Assembly: GCA_951406725.2 (NCBI GenBank)
Contig: OX597830.1
Span: 63,488,001-63,552,000, forward strand
Origin: Octopus vulgaris
Taxonomy: Eukaryota
Direction: 5' to 3'
DNA length: 64,000 bases
Positions 25,517 to 39,887 of the stretch are shown one piece after another; position 1 is the first letter of the stretch, and each line of letters starts with the position of its first letter. Below the pieces are notes generated by a model. That model searched no databases. It was not told where the DNA came from and worked only from the letters and a program-made list of their open reading frames with translations. Made by a program: the position numbers and the translations under genes.

Positions 25517-26517
25517 CACTACTTCTACTATTACTACTATAGTACTATTATCACCACCACCACCACCACCGCTGCCGCCACTACTACTACTACTACTACT
25601 ATCCATTGCTGCAATTGCCTGTTGCACAAAAACCTGTTGCTAACAACAACAACTACCCCTTCTACTATTAATGCTGGTTTTTTTAATTTTAAATACGTGG
25701 CCAATGATATTGTTTCTGATATAGTCACATGGCTTGAAATTGTCTGGGAGAGAGCAATCAATTGCATTGACCAAAGTACTCAACTGGTACGTTATTTTAT
25801 ATGCCCTTAAAAGGATGAAAGACAAAGTCGACGTCAGTAGAATTTGAACTCAGGATGTAAAACCTGATGAAATGCCATCAAATATTTTGTCTTGTATGGT
25901 CATTATTCCGACTGCTCGCTTCCTTTAATACCAGCAATATTGAAAGAGGGATTTAATTGCTATCATTAACCTTTGCACTTGACTTGTACTTTATTTTATT
26001 GACCCTTTGAAAGATAAATGAGTAAGTTGATCTTGGTGGGATTTGAGCTCAGAACATGAAGAGCTGGAAGAAATACCATAAGGCATTTTGTCCAATGCTC
26101 TACTGATCTGCCAATAACAATTGGCAGCCTTAACTGTTGTAATAATGCTATAAAACTACCAATAATGACATCAGACTTGGTATTACTACTACTGCCACAT
26201 CTACTGTTGTAACACTTATTCCAAAACACACCACCACCCCAACTATGGCTACCATTACTACCACAGCACCCCACCATCATTAGTACCACTACTACCACCA
26301 GTACCATGACCACTGCGACCACCACCACGACCACTACTGCTCCTGCTGCTGCTGCCCCCATCAGCAGCATCAGGAGTACCAGCAGCAGTACCAACAGTAG
26401 CAGCACCACCGCCACACCATAATCGGTGTGGCGTTTATGTAATCTACTAAGTGAATGAGTTTGACAGACAGCAATAGTATAGCAATAGTTTTGTTGATTT
26501 GGTTGGCCTGTTTTCAA

Positions 26518-26560
<43 letters not shown>

Positions 26561-26615
26561 CACACATATACACACAAATATATATACATATATATATACA
26601 TACACACATATACAC

Positions 26616-26658
<43 letters not shown>

Positions 26659-27526
26659 AATCTCAGTATAGATGGAGGGAAAAAGAAGGCTGTTGCTGTG
26701 TGAGCCAAAGATTTATTCTTCTTAGAATTAGCAGTAAAGCCAAAAATCTGTTCAATAATATCTCCAATTCAATTGACTGTCAGCCCAGCGCATCCCACCT
26801 CGCAACGACACCCACACCTTCATCTCCACTTCTGCGTAGACAAAGAGACCAGAAATAAATCCAAACCAACTTCAATGTTAATCGTTATATAGATATCTCT
26901 TCCATGATGCTGTGACCTATTCAAAGCCTCTTGTATCTCTCTTAGTATCGCTTTATGTTTATTCAGCATGGAACATAGATGTTAAATGGTGATGGTGATG
27001 GTGTTGGTGGTGGTGGTAAGGCTGTTTCTAAGCAGACTTTGCATTTTGCTTGAGAATAAAATCCTTAACTCCTGGGAAGCAGTTGGTTTGCTACTAGTGT
27101 CATAATATTATTGTTCGGGCTTGGCTGTGTGTTAAGAAGCTTACTTCCCCACCACGTGGTTCCGGGTTCAGTCCCACTGTGTGACACTTTGGGCAGGTGT
27201 CTGCTACTATAGCGTCAGGCTTGTCAAAGCCTTGTGAGTGGATTTGATAGACGGAAACTGAAAGAAGCCTGTCATATATATATATGTGTGTGTGTAGGTG
27301 TGTCTGTACTTCTCCCCCACTACTGTTTGACAAATGGTATTGATTTGTTTATGTCCTTGTAACTTAGTGGTTCATCATAAAAAAGACTGATAAAATAAGT
27401 ACCAGGCTTTATAAAAAGAGTACAGGGTCGATTCATTTGACTAAAAGTTCTTGGAGGCAGTGCCCCAGCATGGCCACTGTCTAATGACTGAAACAGATAA
27501 AAGATAAAAGATTTCTTTTGTTCCCT

Positions 27527-28170
27527 TGGTGGCAGAATCCTTAGAACATCAGAAAAATGCTTTGCAGTATTTGTTCTGGTTCTTTTGTGTTCTGTGTTCA
27601 ATTCCCACTGGGGTCAGTTTAGCCTTTCATTCTTTCTGTGTCACCAAAATGTAGTAGTCTAGTGGGGGTGGGGTAATGGTATTAACTACCCCCCCATTCC
27701 CCTCAAAACTGTTGGCCTTGGTAATGACAATTATTATTATTATTATTAATGATGAAACAGTGAGCTGACAGAATCGTTAGCACACTGGGCGAAATGCTTA
27801 GTGACATTTTGTCTGTCCTTAGGTTCTGAGTTCAAATTCCACCGAGGTCGACTTTGCCTTTCATCCTTTCGGGGTTGATAAATTAAGTACCAGTTGTGTA
27901 CTGAGGTGGATCTAATCAACTGGCCTCCTCCCCAAAAATTTTGGGCCTTGTGCCTAGAAGAGAAAACTATTAAGAGGTGATGAACTGGCAGAATTGTTAG
28001 CACATTGGGTGGAATGCTTAGTGGTATTTCATTGATCTTTACATTCTGAGTTCAAATGCCACCAAGGTCAACTTTGCCTTTCATCCTTTTTGGGCTCAAC
28101 AAAATATGTGATGTAACCAATGAGCCCCTTCCCTCGAAAGAAACAGGCTTTGTACCTATAATAGAAAGGA
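27527..28170 (+). mobile_element. Tandem family B SINEs, three copies
   Basis: Three heads ending in ggcagaat, each followed by the B-box and central domain. Confidence 0.85.
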
Positions 28171-29983
28171 TGATTGCAGGATTACTCTTTTACTCTTTTC
28201 AGTCATTTGACTGGCCATGCTGAAGCACCGCCTTTAGTCGAGCAAATCGACTCCAGGACTTATTCTTTGTAAGTCTTGTATTTATTCTATCGATCTTTTT
28301 TGCCGAACCACTAAGTTACAGGGACGTAAACACACTAGCATCAGTTGTCAAGTGATGTTGAGGGGACAAACACAGACACACAAGCATACACACACACACA
28401 GATATATATATATATACATATATACAACGGGCTTCTTTCAGTTTCCATCTACCAAATTCACTCAAAAAGCTTTGGTCGGCCTGAGTCTATAGTAGAAGAC
28501 ACTTGCCCAAGGTGCCATGCAGTGGGAATGAACCTGGAACCACGTGGTTGGTAGACAGCCACCCCTACGCCTATAAAATAAAATGCCAGTCAGATACAAG
28601 GGTTGATGTGTTTGGTTAGACCCTCCCCTCAAAATTACTGGTTTTGTGTCTAAGTTGCAAATCACTATTCTGGAAAAAATAAATTTTGCAAAAAATAAAA
28701 GAACAACAATAAGAAACAATCCAATAAATTGACTTGGACGGAAATTCAACATTTGGAAAAATATCAAATCTCACATTTTGAGACAATTCATTTCCAAAAT
28801 AGCAACAATTTATTGAAGTTCTGGAATTTTCTAAAGCTTGAATGAAAAACTAAATTTAAATGTGGATAAACTCTTTGACAAAGTACCATTAATTAGATAA
28901 ACAACCATGAGACGATGCAAATTCCTCAGCTATTTTACAAGACACACAATAAAATAACGAACGATCGCTGATTTTAAAAAATAGTGACATTAATTGTATG
29001 AATGTTTTTGAATAGTTCCATTTGTGTTTTCTTCAGTTCCTGGAACTGTGCAGTTTACTGTGAACAGGCTTTTAGTGTAATGAATTCTAATTCTAAATGA
29101 AAGAAACAGATGTTTGGTTGAACTAATAAAATATGAGCTTTTCATATATTTCAGCTTATGAGATAATTGTTTAGAGTTTTCTCTTTTTTTTTCCTCCAAG
29201 AAAACAAACAGACTTCAAACTTGAAAAATATTTATCATCATCACCATCATCACCATCATCACCATCATCATCATCATCATTGTTATGATGATGATGATCA
29301 TCATCAATGCGACCACTACCATCACTATCACTATCATCACCACCCCATCATCATCATAATTATCATCATCTTCATCATCATCAATGCCACCACCACCATC
29401 ACTATCACCATCATCATCATTGTCATCACCACCACCACCATCATTAACATCATCATCATCATTATTACTCTATTGATTAACATCTGCTTTTCTATACTTA
29501 TATGTGATAGACAGAATGTGTTGAGGCAGGTCTACTATGACTGGATACCCTTCCTGTGGCCAACCTGTGCCTATTTCATTTACAACAATCACAGGATGTC
29601 AAGGCAAGGACCCCCCCCCCCACACACACACTGAGTTTCTTTCAGTTTCCTTCTACCAAATCCACTTACAAGGCTTTGGTTGGTCTGGGGCTATAGTAGA
29701 AGACACTTAGCCCAAAATGGTTATGGAGTGGGACTGAACCCAATACGTCATAACTAGAAGACATGTTTCTTAACCCCACAGTCACACTTGCGTCTATAAA
29801 TGTACCATCATCATCATCATCATCATCATTTAGCATCTGTTTTCCTCTTTGATATTGGTTAGATGGTTTGACAGGAGTTGGCAAGCTGGAGAGCTTCACC
29901 AGGTTGCTACAGCTGGTTCCCGTTCCTAATGCCAATACATTACAGAGTGTATTGCATGCTCTTTATGTGGCACCATCATCAAA

Positions 29984-30393
29984 GGCGCAGGAGTGGCTGT
30001 GTGGTAAGTAGCTTGTTTACCAACCACATGGTCCCAGGTTCAGTCCCACTGCGTGGCACCTTGGGCAAGTGTCTTCTACTATAGCCTCGGGCCGACCAAT
30101 GCCTTGTGAGTGGATTTGGTAGACGGAAACTGAAAGAAGCCCGTCGTATATATGTATATATTATATCTGTGTGTGTGTGTCTGTGTTTGTCCCCCTAGCA
30201 TTGCTTGACAACCGATGCTGGTGTGTTTATGTCCCCGTTACTTAGCGGTTCGGCAAAAGAGACCGATAGAATAAGTACTGGGCTTAGAAAAGAATAAGTC
30301 CCGGGGTCGAGTTGCTCGATTAAAGGCGGTGCTCCAGCATGGCCGCAGTCAAATGACTGAAACAAGTAAAAGAGTAAAAGAGTAAAGAGTAAA
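29984..30393 (+). mobile_element. SINE family A, best-preserved copy
   Basis: ggcgcaggagtggctgtgtgg head, ggttcagtccc B-box, gtggcaccttgggcaagtg CORE-like motif, internal (TA)(TG)n, (AGTAAAAG)n tail; CpGs retained. Further copies at about 1-163, 13014-13275, 27115-27512, 28183-28573, 43405-43798, 53999-54388, 57495-57656. Confidence 0.92.
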
Positions 30394-30488
30394 GCCTTCG
30401 ATGTGGCACCAGCACCAGTGCTGGTTACATGGCACTGGTAGTGACAGGGTCACATGTACCTTGCAAGATAAAAGCCCCTCACTTAGGG

Positions 30489-31158
30489 GAAAGGGAGGGA
30501 AAACGGTGTCTGAAACAGTTGTCATGCTTCAAACGGTTTACAAGGATGCTGCCGTGAGCAAAACACAAATTTACAAGTGGTTTATATGCTTTAGGAATGG
30601 TCACTTGTTACTTGAAGACCAACCTCGTTCTGGATGACTGTCAACCTCCCGAACGAATGAAAATATCATGAAAATTCATGAACTGATCTTGGAGGACCAT
30701 CACTGAACAGTTGACGAACTTGTTGATGTGACTGGTGTATCCTGGAGCTCCTGCCAATGAATTTTGAGCGAGGAATTTGCAAATGAAAAGAGTTGCACCA
30801 AAATTTGTGCCACGCTTGCTCAAGATCAAAAGCAGTCATGACTGAATGTGTGTCGTGAACTGAAAGAACAGTTGGAAGTTGATCCAGACCTTTTTTTCAA
30901 AGGTCATCACTGGTGATGAAAGCTGGTGCCACAGAATTTGCAGATGTGGAAGAAGTGAAGAAAAAAAAGGATGGTGGCGTTAAAAGGCATCACTTTGCAA
31001 GAGTTCCAGGACTGCTTCAAACAGTGGGAAATGCATCTGGACCGATGCATTGCTTCAAATGGAGAATACTTCGAAGGCGATAAAAGTGTAAACATGTAAA
31101 ATTAAGTGAATAAAATAATATTGCAAAATTCAGGTTTCTTTTGACTACCTCCTCATAT
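30489..31158 (+). mobile_element. Internally deleted mariner transposon
   Basis: ..KTQIYKWF..FRNG..LEDQPRSG..KFVPRLL..VITGDESW joined directly to ..FADVEEV..CIASNGEYFEGD; TIR-like end tttcttttgactacctcctcata. Confidence 0.9.
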
Positions 31159-31273
31159 AGTATGATTGGAAAGAGATTTGACTGCTATTTCTAGCAAATC
31201 AAGCAGCCACATCTAGTCCTGTCCACCCCATCCTTTATCTCTGTCAAATATTTCTGATAGGAAGATCTCCCAT

Positions 31274-31362
31274 AGCCAGCCAGCCAACTAGCCAGCCAGC
31301 CAGCCGGCCAGCCAGCCAGCCGGCCAGCCAGCCAGCCGGCCAGCCAGCCAGCCAGCCAGCCA
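31274..31362. repeat. (GCCA)n tetranucleotide repeat
   Basis: Direct observation. Confidence 0.9.
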
Positions 31363-31644
31363 GTCCAGTCAAGTCAACCATCAGCTATAATACAGGCTAA
31401 TCATTGATTGGTGTTGTGGTTACTCTTTCCTTGTTTCTCTGCCATTCAGCTGAACTGTGGTATAAATCTGGTGTGGTGATGCTGTCTGTCCTTTTGTGGT
31501 AGACTTGGTGCTTCAGTGCTTCTACCTCGGATGGCTGAGAAGTTTACAGGATTCGACTCCGGCTTGGAGTGGTGTAGCAGCTCTTTGGTAAACTATGCTG
31601 GTGTGTGTGAATGCTCATGTTGTATACATAGATACATATAAGGG

Positions 31645-31680
<36 letters not shown>

Positions 31681-31999
31681 ACACATACATTCCTATGTAT
31701 ATATACATACATATGTAAGATGTACGTTTATAAATACACTCACACATAATTATAAGTACATGCACATACACACACACACACACATTTACTTGTTTGTGTG
31801 TGTGTGTATGTGTGTGTAATCTTGTAGGTATATGGATGTATGTCATGGGAATGTATACATACATACATACATACATACATACGCCTACATACATTTTTGC
31901 TTTGTATGTGCTAGTGTATATATATGTGTACATGCTTACATATGCATACATACATACACTTGCATATACACTCACACACACACACACACACATATATAC

Positions 32000-32267
32000 T
32001 CTTTTGCCTTTAAAAACCCACTTTGCTCTTGTTATCGTAAACATCCGCCTTTCACCATGTGTAACTCCTAACACCAGTCGTTTTTTTTTTCTCTATCTCC
32101 GTTGCCCGCTCTGGGATCTTTCTTTCCTCTCTCTTCCTTCTTTATGTTTCCGACGAAGAGCTCCGCTCGAAACGTCATACCTCCCTGCTTCCATTTCCTG
32201 AGCGCCTATTAATAATAATACTGTAATTGTTCCATTGTTGTTGTTTTTTTGTTTCCCGTTTGGATTA

Positions 32268-32270
<3 letters not shown>
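32000..32270 (+). mobile_element. Penelope-like terminal repeat with variant hammerhead (32146-32180)
   Basis: GUUU-CCGACGA-A-GAGC(UCC)GCUC-GAAA-CGUC-AUAC; flanked by (CA)/(TA)n; a more decayed related motif lies at 19590-19620 on the minus strand. Confidence 0.65.
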
Positions 32271-32309
<39 letters not shown>

Positions 32310-32947
32310 TAAAATAAATACATATACAAATGCACACCCACACACATACTTATAAGTATACACACACACACTTGTCTGGGTTTTTTTTTCCCCTTGTTTT
32401 TTACTAAACAATTCATTTTATGTAATTGATTTTTTTTTTCTCTCTTTTTCTTTTTCTATCCCATTTCATTTTCCATTGTTATCATTAAAAGTACATAACA
32501 TTATCACAGAATGTTCTGGAATTTTGCTATTGATAATGTCGGGTTTTGAAAACCATTATCGAATGCTTGACATAGAAATCCCATTTAAGTTTACATTTAT
32601 CGCACCAGTAAGTCACTAAGTAGTTAACGTTTTGGACAAGTGACCCGAGGTCAAATGGGTTGAAAATATTTTTTGTGCCGTTTGATTTTTGATTCTTTCG
32701 GAAATGTGTAACGCTCGTTTGTTTAATGTCTGCTAACCTAATTGAAGCTGCTACAATCTGGTGGAATTGTTACAGCATCAGAAGAAAAAAAACCAAAACA
32801 CAACTGGTGCTATTTGTTCTAGCTCCAACCCTGCTGAGTGTGAAGGCACATAGCTTAGTGGTTAGGGTGTTCGGCTCTCAATTATAAGATTGTGAGTTCA
32901 ATATCCTGCTGGCTCGGTATGTCCTTGAGAGTATGATACTAGTCCAT

Positions 32948-33153
32948 GTTGCTGGCAGAATCATCAGCACACCGGGTGAAATGCTTAGCGGTATTTCATC
33001 TGTCTTTACGTTCTGAGTTCAAATTCTGCCGAAGTTGACTTTGCTTTTCATTCTTTTGGGGTCAATAAACTAAGTACCTGTTACGTACTGGGGTCAATGT
33101 AATTGACTATCCGCCTCCCCCAAATTTCAGGCCTTGTGCCTATAATAGAAAGG

Positions 33154-33201
<48 letters not shown>

Positions 33202-33205
33202 GTTA

Positions 33206-33246
<41 letters not shown>

Positions 33247-34510
33247 GGTGAGCTGGCAAAATTGTTAGCATGCCGGACGAAATGCTTAGTGGTATTTCGT
33301 CTGTCTTTTCGTTCTGAGTTCAAATTCTGCCGAGGTTGACTTTGCCTTTCTCCCTTTCAGGGTTGATAAATTAAGTACTAGTTGCGTACTGGGGTCAATC
33401 TAACCGACTGCCCCCCACCCCCTCCCACCAAATTTCAAGCCTTGTGCCTATAGTAGAAAGGACTATTTCATGTTGCCCCAGTTGACTCAGCTGGCAAAAA
33501 TGAGTAGTACCCGTACTTCAATGGTTTAGCCATCTCACATTTGGTGTGCCACCCTGAATCTCCCTGAGAACTACATGAAAGGTGTGTGTGTCTGCACGTT
33601 GTTTTCAAGAGTTGGCTGTTCCATTGATTGGACCAGCTGGAGTACTTGTTTACATAACCAACAGAGTACCAGTAAAATCCTGCTGAGTTCAACTTTGGTA
33701 ATTTTGGAGTTGATAAAATGAAGCACCAGACAAGTACTGGGTTGGTAATGTCCCCTAAAAAAATTATTAGCCTTGTGCCTTGACAGACTTGATGGAACAT
33801 TGGACAAAAAGATTAGTAGCAATTCTTCTGGCTTTTTATGTTCTGGTTTCAAATCCTGCTGAGGTTAACTTTGCTTTTCATCCTTGTGTGACCGATAAGA
33901 TAAAGTTCCTGCCTGCCGTTGCTGGCATTGACTAACCCTTTCTTTTAAAATTGCTCACCTTGTGCCTTGGTATAATTGGTGGAGCTTCAGGCAAAATGCT
34001 TTGCAGTATTTCACAGCTCTTTATGTCTTAGAATGTCTTGATTTCAAATCCAGTCAGAGTCAAATTTGCTTTTATCCCTCTGGGGTTTATAATAACAAAG
34101 TTCAAGTCAAGTATTTGGGTTGCTGACATCAACTAATCCCTTTCCTTAAAACTGTTGGCCTTGTGCATTGCAGAGTTGGTGGAGCATTGGACAAAATGGC
34201 TAGTGCTATTTCTTTCAGATTTTTATGTTCAGGTTTCAAATCTTGCTAGGGACAGTTTTGCTTTTCATCCCTCTGGATTTGATAGGATAAATTTATTGTC
34301 AGGTACTGGGATTGCTGACATCAAATAACCCCTTCCTTTAAAATTACTAGCCTTGTGCCATGGCAGAATCGGTGGAGTATTGGGCGAAATGACTTGTGCT
34401 ATTTCTTATAGCTCTTTAGAATCTAGTTTCAGATTCTGCCTGGGTCAGCTTTACTTTTATCCCTCAGGGGTCGGCACAGGGATTGTTGTCATTAATCAAC
34501 CTTTTCCTTT
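32948..34510 (+). mobile_element. Array of family B SINEs, with progressively older units downstream
   Basis: About 7 units; those in about 33650-34510 are directly adjacent with a period near 190 bp. Other arrays at 35836-36517, 39530-40098 and 44207-45168. Confidence 0.8.
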
Positions 34511-34716
34511 GATGGCAGGAGTGGTAATGATATAGGTGGGCAATTGTGATGGTAGTAGTGGAAGAATCAATTAAATTCCCATCTGCCTCTCCAACAAAAT
34601 TTTTTGGCTCCATGCCAAATTTAGAAATTATTATTTTCTAATGAATGAGAATTAAAAACATGTGATCCCTACTTTTTTATGTTGTGAGGAGAGACAAGAT
34701 TGAAGGCAAACTGCTA

Positions 34717-34763
<47 letters not shown>

Positions 34764-36768
34764 GTTATTATTATCATTATTTTCAAGTGGATATTTTGTT
34801 TTTTTTTTGTTAGCAAGTAATGTGAGTTGCATAGCAAAATTCCCCGTATTTCTGGCACCGAATTTGTCAGAAGGGATAATGTGTAGTGTGTACAGGTGTT
34901 ATACATTCACCATTCCATTTTACCTTTACATAAGTAGGGAATGGCAAGGAGAGGAAAGAGGGGGTGGGGTGGAAATGGAATAAAGAAGAAGGAAACAGTC
35001 ATAGAATAAACTGAAAAAAATATAGGAATAGATATTAAGAATAACTATGGGTAGAGAGGGAGGAGGGGGATGATGGAGAATAAGAAGAGAAATAGGGAAG
35101 GGGAGAGGGGGAGAGAGAGAATGTGAAGAGAAAGATAGAAAAATAAAGACACTGATGAACGGCAAAGGAAGGAGAGAGAGAGAGTAGGAGAAAGACAGTC
35201 ACTAAGAAAAGGACATGAGAGGTTCAGAGAAGGAGGAAGAGAGAGGACAGAGAGTTTAAAAGAAAATAAGAAAGATAGAAAGAAAGAGAGAGAGGGGGGA
35301 GGAAGGAGAGTTACAAAGAAAGGATAAGAGAGTGGAAAAAGAGTAAAAAAAATATGACAAGACTGACAGACAGATAGAGAGAGAGAGAGAAACAGAGAAA
35401 AAGGTGAAAAAAGAGAGGGAGAGAGAAAAAGAAATAGGTGATAAGGAGAGAGAGAGAGAGAGAGAGAGAAGTGTGTATCGGGGCAGAGGTGGTGGTGGAT
35501 GGGGAGTGTGGAGAAAAATGTTGACTTTATAAAAATAGCCAAAACATAATCAATAATGTTACAGTCAAGGTAATTGTAGTGATGGTGGTGGCGATAGTGG
35601 TGGTGGTGATGGTTCCAACTCAGTGACCTGTTGTTAGGTTGGGTGAACATATTCACTCCATTATTTCCTCTCCGATTCTCTGGCCTCAATTTACCAAAAT
35701 ATTTCCTAAGAAACTGATGCTCTGTTTTTCCTTTCGGGTTATTTCTTTTCCTGCGTCATTTATATAAATATTCCAGATGCTCACATGTAAATTATGAGGA
35801 ATTATTTAAATTCGTTATGATTGTTATTGCTGCTAAAGCAGTGGGTTGTTGGAATCGTTTGAGCATCCAACAAAATACCTTCGTATTTATTTTGTTACAG
35901 TCCTTTACGTTCTGAGTTCAAATCCTCTCTAGATTGACTTTACCTTTCATATACCCAGGATTGATAAAACAAAGAACTAATTTGGTTCTGGGATTGATTT
36001 AATTAAGTTTTCCCTCCCTGAAAATTTCAGGCTTTTTTCTGCTTCCAGTAGAAAGGATCATCATCATCATCATCATTGTCATCATTAAGGTGGTGAGCTG
36101 ACAGAGTCATTAACACGCTGGCCAGTGGTATTTCATCTGTTGTTACATTCTGGGTTCAGATTCCACCGAGATCGACTTTGCCTTTCATCCTTTCAGGGTT
36201 GATAAACTAAGTACCAGTGAGACACTGGGATTGTTGTAACCGACTTATCCCTTCCTGCAAAATGGCTGCCCTTGTGACAAAATTTGAAACCATTGTTATT
36301 ATTATTATTATCATTTAGGCATCAAGCTGACAGAATAGTTAGCATGTTGGACAAAGTGCTTAGCAATATTTCTTCCAAGTTCAAATTCTGCTAAGGCCAA
36401 CTTAGCGTTTCATCTTTTTGGGGTCGATAAAGTAAGTACCAGTTAAGTACTGGGGTCAATGTAATTGACTTCCTGCCTCCCTTGAACTTGCTGGCCTGGT
36501 GCCAAAATTTGAAACCATTATTATTGTTGTTGTTGCTTACTGTAAGTATCATGTTTTGCAGAGTTCCACTTAGCAGATATTTAATTTCTGGATTAATAGA
36601 GAAAAAAACCCCAACTTTCTTTTGTTTTGTTTTAATAAAGGGCTTTAGAATACCTGAACAGCTGCCTTATTACCCTGGAATAGGAAAGAAGCTTTGATCT
36701 TAGATATTTTTTATTGTATATTCACACTTTTCCAATCAGCAGTTTTGCTTCATTTGTTAGTGGTTCAA

Positions 36769-37017
36769 TATGGCTACTTCTGGAGAAGCTTGAGACGTGT
36801 TAGCCACAAAGATGGCAAAAGCATATATCATACAGTAGATTTTTGAAGACTGAAAATTCAAGAGCAGGTTTACAAATGGGAGATAAACCCAAATTGGGTT
36901 TATCTCCCATTTGTAAACCTGCTCTTGAATTTTCAGTCTTCAAAAATCTGCTGTATGATATATGCTTTTGCCATCTTTGTGGCTAACACGTCTCAAGCTT
37001 CTCCAGAAGTAGCCATA
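36769..37017. repeat. Near-perfect 249-bp palindrome
   Basis: 124-bp arms, 1-nt centre at 36893 (AAACCCAA-A-TTGGGTTT), one mismatch seen. Confidence 0.97.
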
Positions 37018-37639
37018 AACTGAGAAGCAAAAATACAAGCTTAATTCTTAACTTCTTGTATGACACAGTACTTCATTGCATTGGTCAACCAGTCCTGAAA
37101 TGCATAATATCACAAAGGATTATTCTAACCTTGTTTACGTTAATTTTAGAAGAAATGAGGAACTCTCCAATGTAAGAGAGAAAACTCTAACCATTCTTCT
37201 GTCATTCATTTTTGTGTTGTGACAATCATTACTGGATGTTAAAAGTTAAATGACAACAACAACAGTACTGCATTATTTGAAACTGTTGTGGGTCATATTT
37301 GAATCAGCTGGTGTAAAAGGAGAAGGTATGTTACAAAAGTCAGTGCCTCCTTTCCTGATGAATTTTTCCAGTAAAGGGATGTTGAAGATGGCACCTGTTT
37401 TTTTTTTTAAATACAATGGGATTTTCCTATGCCTATCAGAATGAAGTTAAAAGATGCCCTGACTTACGTCTGAAAGAATGTATGTTCCATGAAACAAGAT
37501 AGAAAAGATGGAATTGAGTGTATGGTCTCTAAAACAAGAGTTGGGTAAGGACAGAGGTTAAAGGTGGTGTGCCTCACACCTTTCCCAAAACTGATGTTAG
37601 AGAACAAGGGGGGAAAAAAAAAGAATACTTGAGTTATAC

Positions 37640-38790
37640 AGTCAGACTTGTTATGGATGTTGACCCCCCATGGTCTTTCATGGCTATTCAGATGCTACAG
37701 TCATTCTTTTGATTAGTCTTGTTTTGTGATTCCTTTACTGTCCACACTTCTCCCTAGAAGTCTTTTACTTATCTTAATGTTAGAGCTGCAAGTATTTCTA
37801 TTTTACTTTGAGCTAGTTGTTGATAAAAATTGTTTCGGGTTAGAGTTGAATTGCTTGTTTCATTCAAAGAATCATTGTCACTTTTCATTCCAGCAGATGC
37901 TTTGTGATTTAGCAAGCATCTCTTGTTTTAGGTTTTCTTTGATTTCAGGTCCTTCTTTGTTATGTTAATTTTCTTTCGTATTTGTTCCTCCTTATTGTTT
38001 TCAGTTGTGTCTTTTTGTCATAAATTTCAATAATGATTAAAGGATATTTTCTTTTGTTTATATATCTTTTGTGTGTGTGATGTGTTGTTTTGTTTGGGTT
38101 TTGATATTTCTCTATGAATAGTCCTCAGCATTCACATTCCATTGCAGCTAATGTAGTTGTTGTATATATTATTTTGTTTAGCCTGGTGATATTGATGTTC
38201 ATGTCTGTTTTCATTTTTTTTCATGAGGCCTGTGATAGCCAGGTTTGCATTTAAAACATTTTTGTTTCTATTTCACTGTTGTGTTTTATCTTTGAGAGGC
38301 ACTTTTGTTGGTCCATAGAAAGACCTTTTATTGATTTTAATTCTTTATTTGTCTTTAGATTGTCATGTTCAAGATTTCCGTCTTCAAAATTTCCTTTTTT
38401 CCTTTGTCATTCCCCTTTACACATAATCTTATTTGTGCTGCTCAACTTTGGATTTTGTTGGTCAATAACCTGTAGATGCCCTATGGTTTTCTTTTGTTGT
38501 GTTGTCATTTACTGTTTACTACGCACATGTTATATCTATCTTCATGAGCTTCCTGACCTATATAATTCTTTTGTTTGTTATTTTTTTATATATATTCTTT
38601 ATCTTTTAGGTATTCAGTTTCAATTTCCAATATTTTCTTTTTAGTTTTCAGGAAGTATCTACTTAAGTTAGTAAGTCTGTTTGGGTCCAGAATTACTTTA
38701 GATCAGGGTTATTTTCTCTCTAAATCTTACGACCATTGTCATAGTTTCATTTACTTTTTAGAGTATGGCTATAAAGTGGCCTCACATTGA
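37640..38790 (-). pseudogene. Decayed R4/Dong-like non-LTR retrotransposon, N-terminal ORF region
   Basis: Minus-strand fragments LDPNRLTNLSRY and KQEMLAKSQSI...NKQFNSNPKQF resemble the R4/Dong pre-RT region; many stops. Confidence 0.6.
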
Positions 38791-39119
38791 ATAGAAACGT
38801 ATTCCTCCCTTGTTCTTTTCTGCCTTTTTATGATAGATTTAGGAGGCAAGAACATCAAAGTCTCTCTCTCTATCCAGATTATTGTCATTCTCATCAGGTG
38901 TTGCTTTATTTGGTTTCAGTAATGTCAAGTTCTAGATGCTCCATTGTATACACACACACACTCTGTATATCACATTCAACTTATGCTGCACTTCCCTTTT
39001 AAAACCGGGCTGAATGACACGGAGTCTATTTGTATTGTTTGTAATATTTTTTGTGTGTTTCTGTATTTGCTGAGGACTGAATCAGTTCCACGCTTTGTTT
39101 GTTTGTTTACACAAAAACC

Positions 39120-39490
39120 GAATCATTCTGACACTTCATTAGTTTGTTTACACGTGGTGTCCAAAAGCCGGCCTGTCCAAACATTTGCAATATATTAATT
39201 ATATGAGGTTAACAATCAATAAATTTCAAAGTAAATCGGTCTATTACTTATACATCTATCCCTCAGCATTTTTTCTGGCGCTTCTCTTCATTAGTTTATT
39301 TATATGTATACTAAATCAGTCTGGCACATCATTGGTTTGTTTACAAGAGGTATCCAAAACCCTACCACACAAGCATTTGTAATACATTAATTATATGAGG
39401 TAAAAATCAATAAATCTCAAAGTAAACCAATGTGTTTACTTACAACAGTCATCCTTCGGCCTATTCACCACTTTTCTAATGTTATATTAG
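39120..39490. repeat. Tandem duplication with a period of about 195 bp
   Basis: Two diverged copies of aatca.tctg.cac.tcatt.gtttgtttaca...attaattatatgaggt...caaagtaaa. Confidence 0.85.
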
Positions 39491-39752
39491 TTAATTATTA
39501 TTATTATTATTGTTGTTGTTGTTATTGCTAAGGTGGAGAGCTGGCAGAATTGTTAGCACATCCGGAAAATGCTTTACGGCATTTTGTCCGTCTTTAACAT
39601 TCTGAGTTCAAATTCTGCCAAGGTCAACTTTTGCTTTTCATCCTTTTGGAGTCGATAAATTAAGTACCAGTTAAATACTGGGGTTGATGTGATTGACTTT
39701 TCCTCCCCCTAAATTTCAGGCCGTGTGCCTATAGTAGAAAGGATTATTTTAT

Positions 39753-39802
<50 letters not shown>

Positions 39803-39832
39803 TCATCATTATTATTATTACTATTATTATTA

Positions 39833-39887
<55 letters not shown>

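Noticed and set aside
10320-31158. Active or domesticated transposases (mariner at 10320 and 30489, hAT at 21880)
   Set aside because: All have stops, frameshifts, internal deletions or SINE insertions.
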